NCBI GenBank assembly: GCA_037381445.1
Contig: JARRQT010000201.1
Span: 1-11,303, forward strand
Direction: 5' to 3'
DNA: 11,303 nt
Source: Calditrichia bacterium
Lineage (GTDB): Bacteria; Calditrichota; Calditrichia; RBG-13-44-9
Shown: positions 6,354-11,303 of the stretch, piece after piece
How positions within the stretch are numbered: position 1 is the first letter of the stretch
How the letters are laid out: every line of letters starts with the position of its first letter
Position numbers and translations under genes: made by a program
Notes under the pieces: model-generated
Seen by the model: the letters and a program-made list of their open reading frames with translations, nothing else
Databases searched by the model: none
Told to the model about the DNA's origin: nothing

Positions 6354-7754
6354 TTATTTTAAAAGAATCATCTTCTTTAAATCCAGGATTTTTCCATTCG
6401 CCTCCAGCCGGATGAAGTATATGCCGGAAGTTTCACCGCTGCCATCCCATGAAAGAGAATGCAAACCGGCCTCCTTTTTTCCGTGCACGATCTCCCGGAG
6501 TTCATGCCCCAAAACATCAAATAAACCGATCTTCACGAAACTCTCCCTGGGAAGATAATATCTGATGACCGTTTGGGTATTGAATGGATTGGGGTAATTT
6601 TGATAGAGCTTAAAATCTTTTGGGATTTCACCTTTCTCATCGGTGTTAAAATTCGTGAGCGGCGTCTGGTAGCGGTAAATCCCCGAGCCGCGGGTCCCGA
6701 TATATACGGTTAATTTGTTGTCCGAAGTATCGGCGTACATGCCGGAGATTCCGCGCAGTCCGGTCCCGGGCGTTACATTCACCCAGTTATTTCCGCCGTC
6801 ATGGCTTTCATAGAGTCCCGCCTTATTTTCGGCGCTTTCACCACCTGCCAGAAGGTGCTGAAAATCAGTGGGATCAATAATGATAGAGGTGAATTTTTCC
6901 GGAACATTTGCCAGGGGTGCGGGCATCCATTTTTTGCCGCCGTCCACGGTTTTGACAACACTTCCCTGCAAACCGGCATATACTGTATCGGGGTGATCGG
7001 GATTAATCGCGATGGCATAGCAGGCGTTTTCATTATTCACTTCCGGATAGGAGAAATTCCAGGTATTACCTTTGTTATAAGAATTTGCCAGGAACGGTTT
7101 GTTTGCTGAGTTTTCGCCGCCAATCCATATTATTTGCGGTGAGATGGAAATGATTCCCTGCAATATCCGGACGGTATTTACGGTAACCGTGTCCAGAATT
7201 CCCTCCCAGACCAGGGAAGTGGGCATGCCGAACGATTTGTAGAGCGTATCGGGAGTTGCCAAAAATACCGGCTCCGGGGGCATGTGGCCGGAGAAGAAGA
7301 ATCCCCCGATACATTTGACCGAATCGCCGGACGCATGGGCTTTCAGGCCTGTTTTGGAGGGCAGCCAACCCGTTGTTGATCCCAACTGATAATAATAGAG
7401 CAGGACGGAATCCCCGGATGCAGGGTGGGGTGCCACACCGGCAAAAATGGTGATAAGCTGCGCCGGACCCGCGCCCCAATGATACGTATAAAGCGTTGTT
7501 ATCTTCTTTTCCTTCAGACCGATGGAAATCCACTGGGAATCCGGAGAATCCAAATTGCGCCGGAAGATGCCTGAAGATTCTGTTGAGGCATACATATAAC
7601 CTTTGGCGGTGGACAAATAAATATCCGGAACGAAGGAGAGTGCTGTGATGCTTTTGTCTTCCAGGCCAAACGGTGTTGTTTGAGCAGGCAAATTCTGTAA
7701 TGGTGAAAAAAGAAGAGCAAATATTATCAAAACCAAAGATGAAAAAATTTTCAT
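6354..7754 (-). CDS. Secreted Asp-box/BNR beta-propeller protein with T9SS type A (Por secretion) C-terminal sorting domain
   Basis: 466 aa with a signal peptide (MKIFSSLVLIIFALLF...LPA/Q). Asp-boxes SYNKGNTW, TVDGGKKW and SHDGGNNW. C-terminus FKLYQNYPNPFN..T.IRY.LP...WDG....SGIYFIRL......KKMILLK. RBS GAGGAG on the - strand at 7763-7768. Confidence 0.88.
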   Translation of the reverse strand: MKIFSSLVLIIFALLFSPLQNLPAQTTPFGLEDKSITALSFVPDIYLSTAKGYMYASTESSGIFRRNLDSPDSQWISIGLKEKKITTLYTYHWGAGPAQLITIFAGVAPHPASGDSVLLYYYQLGSTTGWLPSKTGLKAHASGDSVKCIGGFFFSGHMPPEPVFLATPDTLYKSFGMPTSLVWEGILDTVTVNTVRILQGIISISPQIIWIGGENSANKPFLANSYNKGNTWNFSYPEVNNENACYAIAINPDHPDTVYAGLQGSVVKTVDGGKKWMPAPLANVPEKFTSIIIDPTDFQHLLAGGESAENKAGLYESHDGGNNWVNVTPGTGLRGISGMYADTSDNKLTVYIGTRGSGIYRYQTPLTNFNTDEKGEIPKDFKLYQNYPNPFNTQTVIRYYLPRESFVKIGLFDVLGHELREIVHGKKEAGLHSLSWDGSGETSGIYFIRLEANGKILDLKKMILLK

Positions 7755-7916
7755 GTTGGAATCTCCTCTAAAAACTTATTTTGTTACGTTAATGAGATTC
7801 CGTTCTCAGAAGAATACACTGATAGATTAAGCGGGTAAATTCCTTTTGTTTGTGGGAATAAAAGATTTGCTGCCACGGATTTCATAGCGGTTTTAGCTGT
7901 TTATGCTTTTATTTAA

Positions 7917-7945
7917 AACTTATAAATAACGAACAAAAGAGTCAA
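7917..7945 (-). promoter_or_regulatory. Possible sigma70-type promoter for the - strand gene pair
   Basis: On the - strand, TTGACT (7945-7940), a 17-nt spacer, then TAAGTT (7922-7917). The -10 match is weak. Confidence 0.35.
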
Positions 7946-8097
7946 GCGACATCATTCTGTTTCCACTTTAAACTTCCATACCGCTCCTGAGTTCATCTTT
8001 TCAATGAAGATAAAAATAACAAGGATATTTTGGTATCCATGTCATTGTTGCAATCAATTCTCAACAAATACAGCAAATATATAAAGTTATATAAGTC

Positions 8098-8126
8098 TTG
8101 AAAATTATATATGCGAATATTATATT
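8098..8126 (+). promoter_or_regulatory. Sigma70-type promoter candidate for sdhCDAB
   Basis: TTGAAA (8098-8103), a 17-nt spacer, then TATATT (8121-8126). Both boxes are 5/6 to consensus, with AT-rich DNA upstream, about 80 nt before the sdhC ATG. RBS AGGAG at 8194-8198. Confidence 0.6.
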
Positions 8127-8205
8127 TTTCTCATGGGAGGGTAAATTCAATTTGTTTTGTCCGATTTTCTCCATCTTTAATCACTTATAACACAGGAGAC
8201 CTACC

Positions 8206-8541
8206 ATGCGTTATGTTAAGCATTACGGAACATGGGGTTACATTCTTCACCGCCTCACCGGGCTGGCCCTTACGGGTTACATTCTGATTCATATCTATTT
8301 GATCAGCGGATTGCATAACAAGCCGGCCTTTCAGTCTGAGATGCAGTTTTTCGAGCATCCGGTGCTAAAACTGCTGGAATGGGCTTTATTCGCTGTTATT
8401 ATTTTCCACGCATTGAATGGATTGCGAATCTTTATGGTTGATTATTTCAGCGGTGCCCGCTACCACAAGGTTTTAATGTCAGCGGTGTGGGTGTTCAGTA
8501 TTATTCTGTTTCTTGCAATGGGAATCGTAATGTTTATTTAA
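8206..8541 (+). CDS. sdhC: Succinate dehydrogenase cytochrome b subunit
   Basis: 111 aa with three TM helices, motifs LHRLTG and FHALNGLRI..VD, an RBS AGGAG, and first position in the sdh operon. Confidence 0.93.
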   Translation: MRYVKHYGTWGYILHRLTGLALTGYILIHIYLISGLHNKPAFQSEMQFFEHPVLKLLEWALFAVIIFHALNGLRIFMVDYFSGARYHKVLMSAVWVFSIILFLAMGIVMFI

Positions 8542-8569
8542 AAAATCTCTTTAATAAGGAGGAATACGA

Positions 8570-8935
8570 ATGTCTTATAAATATCGAGGTGCCAGTAATT
8601 CCGGTGCAAATGGCTGGTTTTTCCAGCGAATTACGGGAATCGTGCTTTTCGTTCTGGTTTTGGCACATTTTTACATCGCTCACCGCACCTTTCAGTCGGG
8701 GCATGACTGGGATACCATCATCGCACGGCTGGCCAGTCCTTATATGAAAATGTTTTATTTGTCTTTTGTGACATTGGGGGTGTGGCATGGACTCAATGGA
8801 TTGTGGTCGGTTATCCGGGATTATAACATTTCATCCGGCTATCGGAAATCCATTTTCGCGGTCATTTTCAGTGTGGGGATTTTTATTGGACTTTTGGGAT
8901 TCATCACCATCTTGAATCTGCCGGCAGCCCACTAA
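8570..8935 (+). CDS. sdhD: Succinate dehydrogenase hydrophobic membrane anchor subunit
   Basis: 121 aa with three TM helices, motifs WFFQRITG and WHGLNGLWSVIRDY, and RBS AAGGAGG at 8556-8562. Confidence 0.93.
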   Translation: MSYKYRGASNSGANGWFFQRITGIVLFVLVLAHFYIAHRTFQSGHDWDTIIARLASPYMKMFYLSFVTLGVWHGLNGLWSVIRDYNISSGYRKSIFAVIFSVGIFIGLLGFITILNLPAAH

Positions 8936-8998
8936 AAAAATGTATTTATGAATTCATTAGTACAAACAATTTGAAAAATAGAAAAGAAAGAGGTCAGG

Positions 8999-10729
8999 AT
9001 GATAATTAAACATGATGTGGTAATCGTCGGATCCGGTTTGGCCGGACTGCGAGCCGCCTTGGAAGCCTCGAGATATTACGATGTTGCAGTTGTTTCAAAA
9101 TTATTTCCTTTGAGATCACACAGCGGTGCAGCGCAGGGCGGAATAGCAGCTTCTTTGGGAAATGTGGAAGAGGATCACATTGATTGGCACTTTTTTGATA
9201 CCGTGAAGGGAAGTGATTATCTGGGCGATCAGGACGCCATTGAATATCTGGTGAATGATGCCCATCCCGCAATTTATGAACTTGAACATATGGGTGTCCC
9301 CTTCAGCCGGACGCCGGACGGAAAGATAAATCAGCGCAAATTCGGCGGTCATACCCGCAATATGGGTGAAGGCCCGGTTTTGCGGGCATGTTTCGCTGCA
9401 GACCGCACCGGTCATGTTATTCTGCATACGCTGTATGATCAGTGTGTTAAGAATAATGTGCGTTTTTATCCGGAATTCTACGTCACCGATCTGCTGCAGA
9501 AAGATGATATAGTCCGCGGCCTGGTGGCCTACGATATGGTTGGCGGGCAGTATGTCACTTTCCAGAGCAAAGTGGTCATGTTTGGGACCGGAGGATATGG
9601 GCGCGCTTTCAACATCACTTCCAATGCGCACGCCAATACCGGCGACGGGCTCGGAATTGTCCTCCGCGCCGGTCTGCCGCTGCAGGACCTTGAATTTGTC
9701 CAGTTTCATCCAACCGGCCTTTACCGTTACGGCATTCTGATTACCGAAGGTGCCCGCGGCGAAGGAGCATACCTGTTGAATAACAAAGGCGAGCGTTTCA
9801 TGGAAAAGTATGCGCCGAAACTCATGGAATTGGCGCCGCGGGATCTGACGGCCAGATCAATTCAGACAGAAATAGACGAAGGCCGCGGAATCAACGGCGA
9901 AAATTATGTGCATCTGGATCTGCGTCACCTGGGTGAAGCCAAGATCAACGAGCGCCTGCCCGAAATCCGGGGATTCTGCCGGAAGATAGTGGGCGTTGAT
10001 CCCGTAAAAGAACCCATTCCGATAGAACCGACGGCTCATTACTCAATGGGCGGTATTCCGGTGACTGTTGATGCCGAAGTGCTGGCAGATGGAAAGGAAA
10101 AAGTTGTGAAAGGATTCTATGCTGCCGGCGAGTGCTCCTGTGTATCGGTTCACGGTGCAAACAGGCTGGGTACCAATTCGCTTCTGGAAGCAGTTGTATA
10201 CGGACGGCGCGCGGGAAAATCCATTGTCAAATTTCTGAATGCCGAAGGCACGGAAAAAGACGATCTGCCTGAAGATCTTCAAAAGAAAGCGATGGACCGG
10301 GTTGAACGGATCAAGAATAATAAAGGGAATGAAAAGGTTGGCCAGCTCAGGCGCGAACTGCAGTCGGTGATGATGAGCAAAGTGGGTGTTTTCAGAGACG
10401 AGAAACGGCTGAAAGAAGCGCTGGAGAAAATACGGGAACTGGAAAAACGTGCCGAGAATATTCAGATCGATGACAAAGGGATGAAGTTTAACACCGATTT
10501 GACCGAAGCCCTCGAACTGGACAATCTGCTGCATTTTGCCGAATTGATTGCCGGCGGTGCGTTGAACCGGCAGGAAAGCCGCGGTGCTCAATCACGCAAA
10601 GATTATCCGAAGCGCGATGATCAAAATTGGTTGAAACATACAATTGCCTTTAAAAAAGAAGGCAAGATTGTGTTTGATTACAAACCCGTTGTGATTACCA
10701 AATTTCAACCAAAAGAAAGGAAATACTAA
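8999..10729 (+). CDS. sdhA: Succinate dehydrogenase flavoprotein subunit
   Basis: 576 aa with GSGLAG (Rossmann fold), [10 protein letters not shown] (covalent FAD His41), [37 protein letters not shown] and RQESRG. Confidence 0.98.
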   Translation: MIIKHDVVIVGSGLAGLRAALEASRYYDVAVVSKLFPLRSHSGAAQGGIAASLGNVEEDHIDWHFFDTVKGSDYLGDQDAIEYLVNDAHPAIYELEHMGVPFSRTPDGKINQRKFGGHTRNMGEGPVLRACFAADRTGHVILHTLYDQCVKNNVRFYPEFYVTDLLQKDDIVRGLVAYDMVGGQYVTFQSKVVMFGTGGYGRAFNITSNAHANTGDGLGIVLRAGLPLQDLEFVQFHPTGLYRYGILITEGARGEGAYLLNNKGERFMEKYAPKLMELAPRDLTARSIQTEIDEGRGINGENYVHLDLRHLGEAKINERLPEIRGFCRKIVGVDPVKEPIPIEPTAHYSMGGIPVTVDAEVLADGKEKVVKGFYAAGECSCVSVHGANRLGTNSLLEAVVYGRRAGKSIVKFLNAEGTEKDDLPEDLQKKAMDRVERIKNNKGNEKVGQLRRELQSVMMSKVGVFRDEKRLKEALEKIRELEKRAENIQIDDKGMKFNTDLTEALELDNLLHFAELIAGGALNRQESRGAQSRKDYPKRDDQNWLKHTIAFKKEGKIVFDYKPVVITKFQPKERKY

Positions 10730-11303
10730 TGATACAGGTAAGAGTCAAAGTATTTCGGTTTAATCCCGAAAATGGAGATAAGAAACCACATTACGATGAA
10801 TTTACAGTGGAGGCAGATCCCACGCAGAAAGTGCTCGATTTGCTTCATAAAATCAAATGGGAACAGGACGGAACACTGGCATTCCGCCGGTCGTGCGCCC
10901 ACGGCATTTGCGGATCGTGCGCAATGAAAATTAACGGCAGGAATATGCTGGCATGCGAAGCGTTGATTGGAAATCTGAAGGACCCCACCCGGGTGACGGT
11001 GGATCCGCTGCAATCTCTCCCGGTGCTGAAAGACCTGGTGGTGGATATGATGGACTTTTTTAAAAAATATGATGTCATAAAACCCTATCTTATTTCGAAA
11101 ACGCCACCGCCGAGCCAGGAACGCTACCAGTCACAAGAGGATCGGCAGCTAATTGATGAATCCACTTGGTGTATTCAGTGCGGTGCCTGCAGCACATCGT
11201 GTCCTTCAAACTGGAAAAATCCATATTTTTTGGGCCCGGCAGCCTTGCTGAAATCATTCCGTTATTCTTTCGATTCGCGGGATGAGGGATCGGCCGAACG
11301 CAT
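10729..11303 (+). CDS. sdhB: Succinate dehydrogenase iron-sulfur subunit (3'-partial, runs off the window)
   Basis: My translation from ATG 10729, which overlaps the sdhA stop as [19 protein letters not shown]...FRRSCAHGICGSCAMKINGRNMLAC...VLKDLVVD...CIQCGACSTSCPS...LGPAAL...DSRD. It carries [2Fe-2S] and [4Fe-4S] motifs and has no stop before the edge. Confidence 0.97.
   Translation, partial: MIQVRVKVFRFNPENGDKKPHYDEFTVEADPTQKVLDLLHKIKWEQDGTLAFRRSCAHGICGSCAMKINGRNMLACEALIGNLKDPTRVTVDPLQSLPVLKDLVVDMMDFFKKYDVIKPYLISKTPPPSQERYQSQEDRQLIDESTWCIQCGACSTSCPSNWKNPYFLGPAALLKSFRYSFDSRDEGSAER

Noticed and set aside
8045..8067. Rex or FNR/CRP site upstream of sdhC
   Set aside because: Half-sites and spacing do not fit TTGTGAA-N4-TTCACAA, TTGAT-N4-ATCAA or TGTGA-N6-TCACA. 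I kept it only as an unassigned palindrome.
8487..8788. Alternative ORFs 8487-8747 (+) and 8534-8788 (-)
   Set aside because: They overlap the well-supported sdhC and sdhD genes and have no motifs.
9006..11078. Antisense ORFs up to 197 aa opposite sdhA/sdhB, and similar ones opposite comEC and the aminotransferase
   Set aside because: These are shadow ORFs expected from codon bias in real genes. They have no recognisable domains or RBS.

Overview
Bacterial chromosomal window with no rRNA, tRNA, CRISPR array or mobile element that I can see. On the + strand are an MBL-fold metallo-hydrolase, a Mth938/DUF498 protein, a three-domain ComEC/Rec2 DNA-uptake channel and a class I/II PLP aminotransferase. 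The aminotransferase is frameshifted by a perfect 26-bp tandem duplication (4828-4879). On the - strand is a two-gene unit: a secreted Asp-box beta-propeller protein with a T9SS-type C-terminal sorting domain, followed by an outer-membrane beta-barrel that resembles the lipid A oxidase LpxQ family. Divergent from it is an sdhCDAB succinate dehydrogenase operon whose anchors carry the His pattern of a two-heme (type A) enzyme. sdhB runs off the window edge and is missing from the ORF track. The sorting domain together with strong Shine-Dalgarno sites suggests a Calditrichota/KSB1/Ignavibacteria-like lineage (inference only). Most of the window is housekeeping. The best leads are the duplication, the LpxQ-like/sorted-protein pair, several intergenic palindromes and a strong CCGG excess. 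I cannot claim a new system from sequence alone.
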